Origin: Longivirga aurantiaca
GTDB taxonomy: Bacteria > Actinomycetota > Actinomycetes > S36-B12 > CAIYMF01
DNA length: 32,000 bases
Reading direction: 5' to 3'
NCBI RefSeq assembly: GCF_042660085.1
Contig: NZ_JBHSTI010000008.1
Location: 150,001-182,000, forward strand
In this document: piece after piece, positions 19,319 through 30,141 of the stretch
Layout of the letters: each line of letters starts with the position of its first letter
Position numbering within the stretch: position 1 is the stretch's first letter
Made by a program: the position numbers and the translations under genes
The notes under the pieces: generated by a model
Told to the model about the DNA's origin: nothing
Seen by the model: the letters and a program-made list of their open reading frames with translations, nothing else
Databases searched by the model: none

Positions 19319-20860
19319 ATGACCTTCAACTGGCTCCTCGTGCTGTTCCTCGCGCCGCTCGTCGGCGCGGCGGTGGTCATGCTGCTCCCCAGGAGCAACC
19401 CCACGCTGGCCAAGCAGGTCGGCATCGGGTTCTCGCTGCTGACGTTCCTCATCACGATCGCGGCCGCGCTGAAGTTCGACGCCTCCATGGCGGCCGACTT
19501 CCAGCTCGGGTTCTCGTACTCCTGGATCCCGTCGTTCGGTGTGAACTTCGCGATGGGCCTCGACGGCATCGCGCTCGTGCTCGTCGCGCTCTCCACCTGC
19601 CTCGTCCCCGTGGTGCTGCTCGCCGGCTGGGACGACGCCGACGGAGCCCGCGGCTCGGTCAAGGGCTACGTCGCGCTGATCCTGGTGCTCGAGGCGGCGA
19701 TGATCGGTGTCTTCGCAGCCACCGACGTCTTCCTGTTCTACGTGTTCTTCGAGGCCATGCTCGTGCCGGTCTACTTCCTGATCGGCCGGTACGGCGGCCC
19801 GCGCCGCAACTACGCCGCGGTGAAGTTCCTGCTGTACAGCCTCTTCGGCGGCCTGCTCATGCTGGCCTCGCTGATCGGCCTGTACGTCGTGTCCGCCGAG
19901 CAGCTCGGCACCGGCACCTTCGACTTCACGGCGCTCGCCGGCCTCACGATCGACCCGGACACGCAGAAGTGGCTGTTCGTCGGCTTCTTCATCGCGTTCG
20001 CGATCAAGGCCCCGCTCGTGCCGTTCCACACCTGGCTGCCGGACGCTGCTGCGGAGTCGACCCCGGGCACCGCGGTGCTCCTCGTCGGCGTGCTCGACAA
20101 GGTCGGCACGTTCGGCATGCTGCGCTACTGCCTCGAGCTGTTCCCCGAGGCGTCCACCTGGGCGACGCCGCTCGTCATCGCGCTCGCGGTGATCGGCATC
20201 ATCTACGGCGCGCTCCTCGCCATCGGCCAGCAGGACATCAAGCGCCTCATCGCCTACACGTCGGTGTCGCACTTCGGCTTCATCGCGCTCGGCATCTTCG
20301 TCATGACCTCGCGCGGCCAGAGCGGCTCGGCGCTGTACATGGTCAACCACGGGTTCTCGACGGCGGCGCTCTTCCTCATCGGCGGCTTCCTCATCAGCCG
20401 CCGCGGCTCGCGCCTCATCGACGACTTCGGCGGCGTCCAGAAGGTGGCCCCCGTCCTCGCGGGCACCTTCCTCGTCGCGGGCCTGTCGTCGCTGGCGCTC
20501 CCCGGCCTGTCGAGCTTCGTGAGCGAGTTCCTGGTGCTGCAGGGCACGTTCGAGCGCTACCCGTGGATCGGCGTCGTGGCCACTCTCGGCATCGTGCTCG
20601 CCGCGCTCTACATCCTGCTCATGTACCAGCGGACGATGACGGGCGAGCCGCCCGAGATCGTCAAGGAGAGGGTCGGCGACCTGCGGGGCCGTGAGGTCGT
20701 CGCGATCGCCCCGCTGCTGGTCGTCATCGTCGCGCTGGGCTTCTACCCGAAGCCCGTGCTCGACGTCATCAATCCGGCTGTCGACCGCGTGATGATCGCC
20801 GTCGACGCCACCGACCCGGCGCCCCTGGTGGCACCGGTCGCAGAAGGGGCACAGCCGTGA
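19319..20860 (+). CDS. nuoM: NADH-quinone oxidoreductase subunit M (antiporter-like)
   Basis: The ATG at 19319 lies 2 nt after the nuoL stop. The product contains FLFYVFFEAMLVPVYFLIG, FAIKAPLVPFHTWLPDA and YTSVSHFGF. It corresponds to the 3' 513 codons of track ORF 17882..20860. Confidence 0.97.
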   Translation: MTFNWLLVLFLAPLVGAAVVMLLPRSNPTLAKQVGIGFSLLTFLITIAAALKFDASMAADFQLGFSYSWIPSFGVNFAMGLDGIALVLVALSTCLVPVVLLAGWDDADGARGSVKGYVALILVLEAAMIGVFAATDVFLFYVFFEAMLVPVYFLIGRYGGPRRNYAAVKFLLYSLFGGLLMLASLIGLYVVSAEQLGTGTFDFTALAGLTIDPDTQKWLFVGFFIAFAIKAPLVPFHTWLPDAAAESTPGTAVLLVGVLDKVGTFGMLRYCLELFPEASTWATPLVIALAVIGIIYGALLAIGQQDIKRLIAYTSVSHFGFIALGIFVMTSRGQSGSALYMVNHGFSTAALFLIGGFLISRRGSRLIDDFGGVQKVAPVLAGTFLVAGLSSLALPGLSSFVSEFLVLQGTFERYPWIGVVATLGIVLAALYILLMYQRTMTGEPPEIVKERVGDLRGREVVAIAPLLVVIVALGFYPKPVLDVINPAVDRVMIAVDATDPAPLVAPVAEGAQP

Positions 20861-22416
20861 GCGCCATCCTCGCCGCCACGGGGTCCTTCGAGGTCCCCAC
20901 GATCGAGTACGCGGCGCTCGCACCGATCCTGATGGTGCTCGGCGGCGCGGTCGTGTCGGTCCTGCTCGAGGCGTTCCTGCCGCAGCGGCTTCGTCGGCCG
21001 GTCCAGCTCACGCTGACGTTCGCAACGCTCGTCGCGGCCTTCGTGTTCGTCGTGCTCGCGCGCGGCACGCGGGCGATCGTCGCGGAGGGCTCGGTCGCCG
21101 TCGACGGTCCCACGCTGTTCATGCAGGGATCGATCCTGGTCCTCGCCTTCATCGCCGCCCTGGTGATGGCCGAGCGGCAGGTCGACCCGGCGGGCGACGC
21201 CTTCGCCCCTCGCGCCTCGGCACTCCCCGGATCGGAGGAGGAGCAGGAGTTCACGCGCCTCGGCTGGTTCCAGACCGAGGTGTGGCCGCTGTTCCTCTTC
21301 AGCGTCGGCGGCATGCTGCTGTTCCCGGCGTCGACCGACCTGCTCACGATGTTCGTGGCGCTCGAGGTGCTCTCGCTCCCGCTCTACGTGCTCGCGGGTC
21401 TCGCCCGTCGCCGTCGCCTGCTGTCGCAGGAGGCCTCGCTGAAGTACTTCGTGCTCGGCGCGTTCTCCTCGGCGTTCTTCCTCTACGGCACCGCGCTGCT
21501 GTACGGCTTCGCCGGCACCGTCGAGCTCAGGGGCATCGCGAACGCGCTGACGGCCTCGGCAGGTCAGAGCGGTCTCGTGATCGCCGGCACCGCGCTGCTG
21601 ATGGTCGGTCTGCTGTTCAAGATCGGCGCCGCGCCGTTCCACCAGTGGACCCCGGACGTCTACCAGGGCTCGCCCACGTCCATCACCGGCTTCATGGCCG
21701 CCTGCACCAAGGTGGCGGCGTTCGGTGCGCTGCTCCGCGTCATGTACGTCGCCCTCGGCGGCATCCGCTGGGACTGGCGCCCGGTGATGTACGTGATCGC
21801 CGCTCTCACCATGATCGTCGGCACGATCTTCGCGCTCACCCAGACCGACATCAAGCGCATGCTCGCCTACTCGTCGGTCGCGCAGGCGGGCTTCATGCTC
21901 GTCGGCGTCCTCGCCACGAGCGCCGCGGGCCTCGCCGGCACGATGGTCTACCTCCTGGCCTACGGCGTGGCCACGGTCGGCGCGTTCGCCATCATCACCC
22001 TCGTCCGGGACGCCACCGGAGAGGCGACGCATCTGTCGTCCTGGGCCGGTCTCGGGAAGAAGTCGCCCTTGGTGGCCAGCGCGTTCGCGCTGTTCCTCCT
22101 GGCCTTCGCGGGCATCCCGCTCACCAGCGGCTTCACCGGAAAGTTCGCGGTCTTCACCGCGGGCATCGCGGGAGGTGCCACGCCGGTCGTCATCGTGGGT
22201 GTCGTGGCGAGCGCGGTCGCGGCGTTCTTCTACATCCGCGTCATCGTGCTCATGTTCTTCAACGAGCCGCCTGCGGACGGCGGCGCTAGCGTGGTCATCC
22301 CCAGCAGCTTCACCACGTTCGCCATCACCATCACCGTCGCGATCACGCTCGTGATCGGCGTGCTGCCGCAGATCGTGCTGCAGCTCGTCGACCAGGCCGG
22401 CGTGTTCGTCCGCTGA
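20857..22416 (+). CDS. nuoN: NADH-quinone oxidoreductase subunit N (antiporter-like)
   Basis: GTGA overlap with nuoM. The product contains MFVALEVLSLPLYVL, LKYFVLGAFSSAFFLYG, FKIGAAPFHQWTPDVYQGSPT and AYSSVAQAGF. Confidence 0.97.
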   Translation: MSAILAATGSFEVPTIEYAALAPILMVLGGAVVSVLLEAFLPQRLRRPVQLTLTFATLVAAFVFVVLARGTRAIVAEGSVAVDGPTLFMQGSILVLAFIAALVMAERQVDPAGDAFAPRASALPGSEEEQEFTRLGWFQTEVWPLFLFSVGGMLLFPASTDLLTMFVALEVLSLPLYVLAGLARRRRLLSQEASLKYFVLGAFSSAFFLYGTALLYGFAGTVELRGIANALTASAGQSGLVIAGTALLMVGLLFKIGAAPFHQWTPDVYQGSPTSITGFMAACTKVAAFGALLRVMYVALGGIRWDWRPVMYVIAALTMIVGTIFALTQTDIKRMLAYSSVAQAGFMLVGVLATSAAGLAGTMVYLLAYGVATVGAFAIITLVRDATGEATHLSSWAGLGKKSPLVASAFALFLLAFAGIPLTSGFTGKFAVFTAGIAGGATPVVIVGVVASAVAAFFYIRVIVLMFFNEPPADGGASVVIPSSFTTFAITITVAITLVIGVLPQIVLQLVDQAGVFVR

Positions 22417-22450
22417 TCCGCCGTACCACGATGACCAGGAGGCGTTCCGC

Positions 22451-23449
22451 GTGACCGAGGCCCTTCCGTTCGGGCTCTCGCACGTCGACGACGCCCTCGC
22501 CGACCGCCTGCGCACGGGGCTCGACGACGTCGAGGTCGCGCTGCGCAGGGCTGTGACGAGCGAGTACCCGTTCGTCACCGAGGCCTCGAGCCACCTGGTG
22601 AGCGCGGGCGGCAAGCGCTTCCGCCCGCTGCTCGCACTCGTGGCGGCGCAGTACGGCGATGCCGACGCCCCGGGCAACGTGCCGGGCGCGGTCGTCGCCG
22701 AGCTCACGCACCTGGCCACGCTCTACCACGACGACGTGATGGACGAGGCGAAGCTGCGCCGGGGTGCCCCGAGCGCCAACGCGCGCTGGGACAACACCGT
22801 CGCGATCCTGACCGGCGACTTCCTGTTCGCCCGCGCGGCTGACATCGCGGCCGACCTCGGCACCGACATCGTGCGCCTGCAGGCGCGCACGTTCGAGCGC
22901 CTGTGCACCGGTCAGATCCGCGAGACGGTCGGCCCGGCGGAGGGCGAGGACCCCGTCGTCCACCACCTCGAGGTGCTGGCCGGCAAGACGGGCTCGCTCA
23001 TCGCGGCGGCCGGGCGCATGGGCGCGATGACCTCGGGTGCCCCGCAGTCCGTGGCGCACGCGATCTCGGCGTACGGCGAGAAGTTCGGCGTCGCGTTCCA
23101 GCTCTCGGACGACCTGCTCGACATCGCGAGCGAGTCGGAGGAGTCGGGCAAGACTCCCGGCACCGACCTGCGCGAGGGCATCCGCACGTTGCCCGTGCTG
23201 CTCGCCCTGCGCGGCACCGACCCCGAGGGCGCCCGCCTGCGCGAGCTGCTCGCGGAGCCGCTCGTGGACGACGACCTGCACGCCGAGGCCCTGGGCCTGC
23301 TGCGCAGCTCGCCGGCCATGGTCGAGGCCCGCGCCGAGCTCGTGTCGTGGGCGGAGTCCGCCCGTGCCGAGCTCGCCGCCCTGCCGGCCGGCCCGGCCAC
23401 CGACGCCCTCTCGATGATGTGCGACGTCGTCGTCGACCGCTCCGCCTGA
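22451..23449 (+). CDS. trans-Polyprenyl diphosphate synthase family protein (probable menaquinone side-chain synthase)
   Basis: First Asp-rich motif LATLYHDDVMDEA and second motif FQLSDDLLD, with GKRFRP upstream. AGGAGG lies 9 nt before the GTG. Product chain length cannot be told from the sequence. Confidence 0.9.
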   Translation: MTEALPFGLSHVDDALADRLRTGLDDVEVALRRAVTSEYPFVTEASSHLVSAGGKRFRPLLALVAAQYGDADAPGNVPGAVVAELTHLATLYHDDVMDEAKLRRGAPSANARWDNTVAILTGDFLFARAADIAADLGTDIVRLQARTFERLCTGQIRETVGPAEGEDPVVHHLEVLAGKTGSLIAAAGRMGAMTSGAPQSVAHAISAYGEKFGVAFQLSDDLLDIASESEESGKTPGTDLREGIRTLPVLLALRGTDPEGARLRELLAEPLVDDDLHAEALGLLRSSPAMVEARAELVSWAESARAELAALPAGPATDALSMMCDVVVDRSA

Positions 23450-23457
23450 CCTTCCGC

Positions 23458-23517
23458 GAGCTACTGCCCGAAGTGGGGCTTTCGACGAGCTCAACACCCC
23501 ACTTCGGGCAGTAGCTC
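23458..23517. terminator. Bidirectional factor-independent terminator hairpin between convergent genes
   Basis: Perfect 21-bp inverted repeat GAGCTACTGCCCGAAGTGGGG (23458-23478) / CCCCACTTCGGGCAGTAGCTC (23497-23517) with an 18-nt loop. It begins 8 nt after the polyprenyl synthase stop and ends 6 nt before the lipoprotein stop. There is no U-tract, which is common in actinobacteria. Confidence 0.7.
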
Positions 23518-23523
23518 GAGCCC

Positions 23524-24168
23524 TCACCCGGCGGCGGCCTGGACGGCGGCCCGGACGAGGGCGTCGCGCTCGGCCTCGTCCCCGGTCGAGACGGTGAACG
23601 AGCGGTCGCCGGACACCCAGGTCGCGAACCACTCCCAGTCGGCCGGGTCCAGCGGCTCCCCGAGCTCGTCATGGGTGAACGTGCACGACCACCAGGGCAC
23701 GGCCTCCGGCAGCGTCTCGGGCAGCGCGCGGATCGCGGTTCCCAGCTCGTCCCCCGCCTGGCCGGCGAGCACGGCGATCGACGGCGACGACTCCCAGCCC
23801 TCGCAGGGCTGCGCTCCGTCGTCGAGGTCGAGCACCCCGAGCAGGCCCTCGAGGCCCCCTCCGTCGAACCAGGCGACGCTCCGGTCGTCGTCCTCGGCGC
23901 CGGAGCGGTAGACCACGAAGTCGAACCCGGCGCCGGGCTCGTCGCTGGACACCTTGGCGAGGCCCTCGACCTCTGCGGGCATCCGCGCGAGCCACTGGGC
24001 TGCGGCGTCGTCGTCCGCCGGCCAGGGGACCGATCCGACGCCGTACGGGTCGGCCGACGACGTGCTCACCACGGCCGTCGGCCTCGGAGCCGGGCCGGGG
24101 AGCGCGCTGCACCCCGACGCGAGCAGGCCCAGCACGAGGGCCGGTGCGAGCACCGTACGTCGACGCAT
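23524..24168 (-). CDS. Putative lipoprotein of unknown function
   Basis: The ATG at 24168 is preceded by AGGAG. The product begins MRRRTVLAPALVLGLLASGCSAL, a signal peptide with the lipobox L-A-S-G-C. The mature part is acidic and Trp-rich with no motif I recognise. The longest-ORF start at 24219 is less likely. Confidence 0.7.
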   Translation of the reverse strand: MRRRTVLAPALVLGLLASGCSALPGPAPRPTAVVSTSSADPYGVGSVPWPADDDAAAQWLARMPAEVEGLAKVSSDEPGAGFDFVVYRSGAEDDDRSVAWFDGGGLEGLLGVLDLDDGAQPCEGWESSPSIAVLAGQAGDELGTAIRALPETLPEAVPWWSCTFTHDELGEPLDPADWEWFATWVSGDRSFTVSTGDEAERDALVRAAVQAAAG

Positions 24169-24225
24169 CCCCACTCCTGTCGAGTCAGGCGCCCAGGCTG
24201 TCATGCCGCAGCCGTGCACCGGCCG

Positions 24226-25200
24226 TCAGGCGGGCTCGGTGACGCCCTCGTGCACGCCGTCGGCCTCCTCCGCCCGACGGGCGACGCGGTTGGCCTGGCC
24301 GTTGCGCAGGCTGTCCCAGGTGAAGACGATGAGCGCGACCCAGACGACGGCGAAGCCCACCCACCGCGAGGCGGGCATCTGCTCGCCGAACACGAAGATC
24401 CCCAGCAGGAACTGCAGGCACGGGGTGAGGTACTGCAGCACGCCGATCGTCGAGAGCGGCACGCGGTTGGTGGCCGCGCCGAACAGCACCAGAGGGATCG
24501 CTGTCACGACGCCGGTCATCATGAGCAGCACGGTGTTGGCGGTCGACGAGTGGCCGAACACGAGCTGGCCCTGCGCCGAGAGCCAGATGAGGAAGGCGAG
24601 GGCGAACGGCGTGCCGTAGGCCGTCTCCACGGTGAGGCTTGCGACCGGGTCGACCCCGGCGAGCTTCTTCACGAGCCCGTAGCCGGCCCACGAGGAGGCG
24701 AGCGCTAGCGCGACCCACGGAACCGAGCCGTACCCGAGGGTCAGCACCGCGACCGCGACAGCCGCGATGCCCACCGCCGTCCACTGCATCGGTCGGAGCC
24801 GCTCGCCGAGCAGCAGCGTGCCGGTGAGGACGACGACGAGCGGGTTGATGAAGTAGCCGAGCGAGGCCTCGACGACACGGCCGTTGTACACCGCCCAGAT
24901 GTACACGCCCCAGTTGACCGAGATCAGCAGCGTGGCGATGACGAGCATCAGCATCACGCGTCGGTTGTGCAGCACCTCGGTCATCCGCGACCACGAGCGC
25001 GTCACCGTCATGATCAGCGCGAGGAAGACGAACGACCAGAAGAACCGGTCGGCCAGCACCTCGAGGGGGGCGGCGGGCTGCAGCAGCGGGAAGTAGACCG
25101 GGAACAGCCCCCACAGGGCATAGGCACCGATGCCGAACAGCAGGCCGAGCCGGTGGCTGGCGCGCTCGGTCTCGGCCGCACTGGTGGGGGAGTCGCTCAT
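24226..25200 (-). CDS. rarD: EamA/RarD-family drug/metabolite transporter
   Basis: The 324-aa product has about 10 hydrophobic segments. The N-terminus GLLFGIGAYALWGLFPVYFPLL...EVLADRFFWSF matches the RarD signature region. Confidence 0.85.
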   Translation of the reverse strand: MSDSPTSAAETERASHRLGLLFGIGAYALWGLFPVYFPLLQPAAPLEVLADRFFWSFVFLALIMTVTRSWSRMTEVLHNRRVMLMLVIATLLISVNWGVYIWAVYNGRVVEASLGYFINPLVVVLTGTLLLGERLRPMQWTAVGIAAVAVAVLTLGYGSVPWVALALASSWAGYGLVKKLAGVDPVASLTVETAYGTPFALAFLIWLSAQGQLVFGHSSTANTVLLMMTGVVTAIPLVLFGAATNRVPLSTIGVLQYLTPCLQFLLGIFVFGEQMPASRWVGFAVVWVALIVFTWDSLRNGQANRVARRAEEADGVHEGVTEPA

Positions 25201-25362
25201 CGCCCGGCCACGGTACGCCGTCGGCCTCTCCCACCGCTCTCCCCATTCGCCAGCCGAGACGCTGCCGGCATCGGGAGGGTCGGCATCGTCCGGCAGGAAG
25301 GGCAGAGACCCCCGACCCAGCGCCGCCTCCCGCCCTGGCTCGACCAGCCACCCGGACGTGCG

Positions 25363-25395
25363 GGAGGCCCCGACCGTCGTGCGGTCGGGGCCTCC
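25363..25395 (-). terminator. Terminator hairpin downstream of korB
   Basis: GGAGGCCCCGACCG (25363-25376) / CGGTCGGGGCCTCC (25382-25395) form a 14-bp perfect stem with a 5-nt loop, starting about 22 nt past the korB stop on the minus strand. Confidence 0.6.
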
Positions 25396-25416
25396 GGACA
25401 GGCGGTGCCGCCTGGA

Positions 25417-26467
25417 TCAGGCGATTTCCCACGTGTCGCTGCCGGCGAGCAGGGAGCCGAGGTCGGCGCTGCCGCCGGCCTTGGCCGTGGCGAGCTGCGC
25501 CTGGAACATCGAGTCGTACGACGCCCGGGGCACGTCGCGGAACACGCCGATCGGAGTGTTCGCGAGCGTCATCGAGTCCGACAGCCGCGACAGCGCGAAC
25601 GCGGTCGAGGGGTCGGGGCGGTGGGCGTCGTGAACGAGGATGGCGTCGAGACCGACCTCGGCGACGTCCGCGACCTCGAGGCTGCCCTCGGCGTTGCGGA
25701 TCACCCCGCGGGTGCCGTCGACCAGCGTGATGGGCTGGCCGTGCTCGAGCCGCAGCGTGAGCGCGTCGCGGTGGTCGGAGTCCTTCAGCGGGTCCCACGC
25801 ACCGTCGTTGAAGATGTTGCAGTTCTGGTAGATCTCGACCAGCGCCGTGCCGTCGTGCAGCGCGGCCTGGCGCAGCGTCTCGGTGAGGTGCTTGCGGTCG
25901 GAGTCGATCGTGCGCGCGACGAACGACGCCTCCGCACCGATCGCGAGCGACACCGGGTTGAACGGGTGGTCCAAGGACCCCATGGGCGTCGACTTCGTGA
26001 CCTTGCCGACCTCGGACGTCGGCGAGTACTGCCCCTTGGTGAGGCCGTAGATCCGGTTGTTGAACAGCAGGATCTTGAGGTTCACGTTGCGGCGCAGCGC
26101 GTGGATGAGGTGGTTGCCGCCGATGGAGAGCGCGTCGCCGTCGCCGGTGACGACCCACACCGAGAGGTCGGGCCGGGTCATGGCGAGGCCCGAGGCGATC
26201 GCCGGGGCACGGCCGTGGATCGAGTGCATCCCGAAGGTGTTCATGTAGTACGGGAAGCGGCTCGAGCAGCCGATGCCGGAGATCCAGACGATGTTCTCCT
26301 TGGCGAGCCCGAGCTCGGGCATGAAGCTCTGGACGCCGGCCAGGATCGCGTAGTCACCGCACCCGGGGCACCAGCGCACCTCCTGGTCGGTCTTGAAGTC
26401 CTTCGCCGACTGCTTCCCGTCCGTCTTCGGGACGAGCTTCAGCGACGGGAAGCCCAGATCGACGGAC

Positions 26468-26475
<8 letters not shown>
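25417..26475 (-). CDS. korB: 2-oxoglutarate:ferredoxin oxidoreductase, beta subunit (KorB)
   Basis: Contains WCPGCGDYAIL, GIGCSSRFPYY and VTGDGDALSIGGNH (thiamine diphosphate-binding motif). The GTG start overlaps the korA end by 8 nt. Confidence 0.92.
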
Positions 26476-28324
<1,849 letters not shown>

Positions 28325-28515
28325 GGTGTCCTCGCCTTGCTGCGGCCGGGTGCGCCGGCGCTCCTGGGGAGTGGTGCTGGGACGACGGCCGGGCGGGCCC
28401 GGTCGTACGAGGCACCATCCTCCCGCGTGATGCCCCCTTTCGCGCGCACGGGTCCCGTCATCCGGACCGCGCGTCGCGATCTTCGCCGAGGGCGTAGCCG
28501 CGCGTCCGGCTCGCC

Positions 28516-28521
28516 TAGGCT
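28516..28521 (+). promoter_or_regulatory. Candidate -10 hexamer TAGGCT for the nuoB/C/I-like operon
   Basis: CGCC-TAGGCT-CTGCCG lies 43 nt upstream of the GTG at 28565. The purine-rich SD region GAGGAGAGCGAGG lies between them. Confidence 0.3.
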
Positions 28522-28564
28522 CTGCCGACAGGAGCGGCGAGAGCACGAGGAGAGCGAGGCGGAC

Positions 28565-29053
28565 GTGGCGGACGGCGATGTGCTGCTCGGCCTCCCCGGC
28601 CTCGGCCGGCCGGGCCCGGCAGCCCCCCTGCGGCTGACCGTGAGCCTCGACGGTGCCGACGACCGGGTCGTGGCCCTGCACGTCGCCGGCGCGGGGCTCG
28701 CCTGCTGCTCGGTGGAGCTCGTCGCGGCCGCCCTCCGGAGGCCGGAGGCCCGCGCCGCGGGGCTCGGCGAGGCCGATGCGGTGGCCCCGGCCGTGGACGT
28801 GATCGTCGTGTCCGGCACCTGCACCGACATCCTCGCGCCCGCGCTCGCCGCCCTGCACGCCGCGCTCCCCGTGGGCACGCCGGTGCTGTCGTTCGGCGCC
28901 TGCGCGAGCTCGGGCGGGCCCTACTGGGACTCGTACTCGGTCACCAAGGGCGTCGACCAGGTGATCCCCGTGGACGTCTACGTGCCCGGCTGCCCGCCGA
29001 GGCCCGAGGCGCTGGCCGACGGCCTGCGCCTCCTCCCAGGGGTGGCGCGGTGA
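28565..29053 (+). CDS. NuoB-family (Oxidored_q6-like) Fe-S protein, divergent paralog
   Basis: The 162-aa product contains [20 protein letters not shown] and [13 protein letters not shown]. By hand count the Cys spacing (C48 to C113 is 65, C113 to C143 is 30) nearly equals that of canonical NuoB in this window (65 and 29). It corresponds to the last 162 codons of track ORF 26393..29053. GTG at 28565 is preferred and 28579 is the alternative. Confidence 0.85.
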   Translation: MADGDVLLGLPGLGRPGPAAPLRLTVSLDGADDRVVALHVAGAGLACCSVELVAAALRRPEARAAGLGEADAVAPAVDVIVVSGTCTDILAPALAALHAALPVGTPVLSFGACASSGGPYWDSYSVTKGVDQVIPVDVYVPGCPPRPEALADGLRLLPGVAR

Positions 29054-29592
29054 GCGCGGTGGTGGAGGCGGTCCAGGCGGGCGTCGGCGACTCCGTGCTC
29101 GCGGTCGTCCCCGGGTTCGGGCCGGTCACCGTCGACGTCGCGCCGTTGTCGTGGCACGAGGCCGTCGCAGCGGCCGCTGCCGCGGGGGCGACGTACGCCG
29201 ACGTCCTGACGGCGTACGACGAGCTCGAGCTCGGCTTCGCCGTGGTCGTCCACCTGTCGACGCCGGACGCGTCCGACCATGTGCTCCTGCGGACGCGGGT
29301 GCCGCGCGACCGGCCGGAGGTGGCGACCGTGGTCGACCTCTACCGCGGGCTGGCCTGGCACGAGCGCGCCACCCACGAGATGTTCGGCATCGGCTTCGTC
29401 GGCAACGACGACCTCTCCCCGCTCCGCACCCGGCCCTCGCTCGGCGCGCACCCGCTCCGCAAGGACTTCGTGCTCGCGGCGCGGGTGGCCCGGCCGTGGC
29501 CGGGGGAGAAGGACCCGGCGGGCGACACCGGGCGCGCCCGGCGCCGCACCCTTCCTCCCGGCGTGCCCGAGGGCTGGGGGGAGCAGGCATGA
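29050..29592 (+). CDS. NuoC-family (30-kDa subunit-like) protein, divergent short paralog
   Basis: GTGA overlap with the upstream gene. The 180-aa product contains [22 protein letters not shown]...HPLRKDF, which aligns to the canonical [22 protein letters not shown]...PQRKDY. Confidence 0.85.
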   Translation: MSAVVEAVQAGVGDSVLAVVPGFGPVTVDVAPLSWHEAVAAAAAAGATYADVLTAYDELELGFAVVVHLSTPDASDHVLLRTRVPRDRPEVATVVDLYRGLAWHERATHEMFGIGFVGNDDLSPLRTRPSLGAHPLRKDFVLAARVARPWPGEKDPAGDTGRARRRTLPPGVPEGWGEQA

Positions 29593-29993
29593 GCGAGGAC
29601 CAGGCGCCGGCGGCGACCGACGGCGGCGGCTACGCCGTACCCGCACGCAGCCGCGGCGTGATCACGCTCGTGGAGGAGAACTGCACGGTCTGCATGCTGT
29701 GCGCCCGCGAGTGCCCCGACTGGTGCATCCACATCGAGGGCCACACCGGAACCCTCCCGGCCGACGAGGTGCACCGCCGCCCGCGCACCGAGAACGTGCT
29801 CGACCGGTTCGCCATCGACTTCTCGCTCTGCCTCTACTGCGGCATCTGCATCGAGGTGTGCCCGTTCGACGCATTGCACTGGTCGCCCGAGCACGAGTAC
29901 GGCGGCACCTCGCTCACCGACCTCACGCACGAACGCGACCGCCTCGCCGCCTGGGAGGCCACCGCCCCCACCGACGCCGAGCGCGACGCCTGA
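29589..29993 (+). CDS. NuoI-like 2x[4Fe-4S] ferredoxin-domain protein, short paralog
   Basis: ATGA overlap with the upstream gene. The 134-aa product has [12 protein letters not shown] and [12 protein letters not shown] with NuoI-like spacing. It lacks the canonical NuoI N-terminal segment. It corresponds to the 3' part of track ORF 29151..29993. Confidence 0.85.
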   Translation: MSEDQAPAATDGGGYAVPARSRGVITLVEENCTVCMLCARECPDWCIHIEGHTGTLPADEVHRRPRTENVLDRFAIDFSLCLYCGICIEVCPFDALHWSPEHEYGGTSLTDLTHERDRLAAWEATAPTDAERDA

Positions 29994-30141
29994 CCCAGCC
30001 CGGGGTCAGCGGTGAGGGGGGCCTTCATCCAGAACCCCGGCCTCGATCTGCGAATCCGTCGTCTCCCGGCCCGCCGACGGCCCCGGAAGCGACGGCTTCA
30101 CAGATCGACAGCGGGGCGGGGCAGCCCGCGCGGAGCGGCGA

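Noticed and set aside
9248-22719. Very long minus-strand ORFs across the nuo operon (9248..11716, 11791..14226, 14013..15722, 17388..18893, 19079..20923, 20743..22719)
   Set aside because: All are antisense to motif-rich nuo genes. Their compositions are dominated by R, G, D, E, A and H with no recognisable domains. They are a stop-codon-poor artefact of high GC.
28325-28858. N-terminal extension of korA in track ORF 26468..28858(-)
   Set aside because: The extension is Arg/Gly-rich and runs antisense over the nuoB-like gene. KorA homology, with an upstream AAGGCGAGGA SD, starts at GTG 28324.
29994-30141. Terminator between the convergent nuoI-like gene and yajQ
   Set aside because: Only weak 5-bp stems (for example GACCC-N6-GGGTC) were found, and nothing is comparable to the hairpins at 23458, 25363 or 30829.
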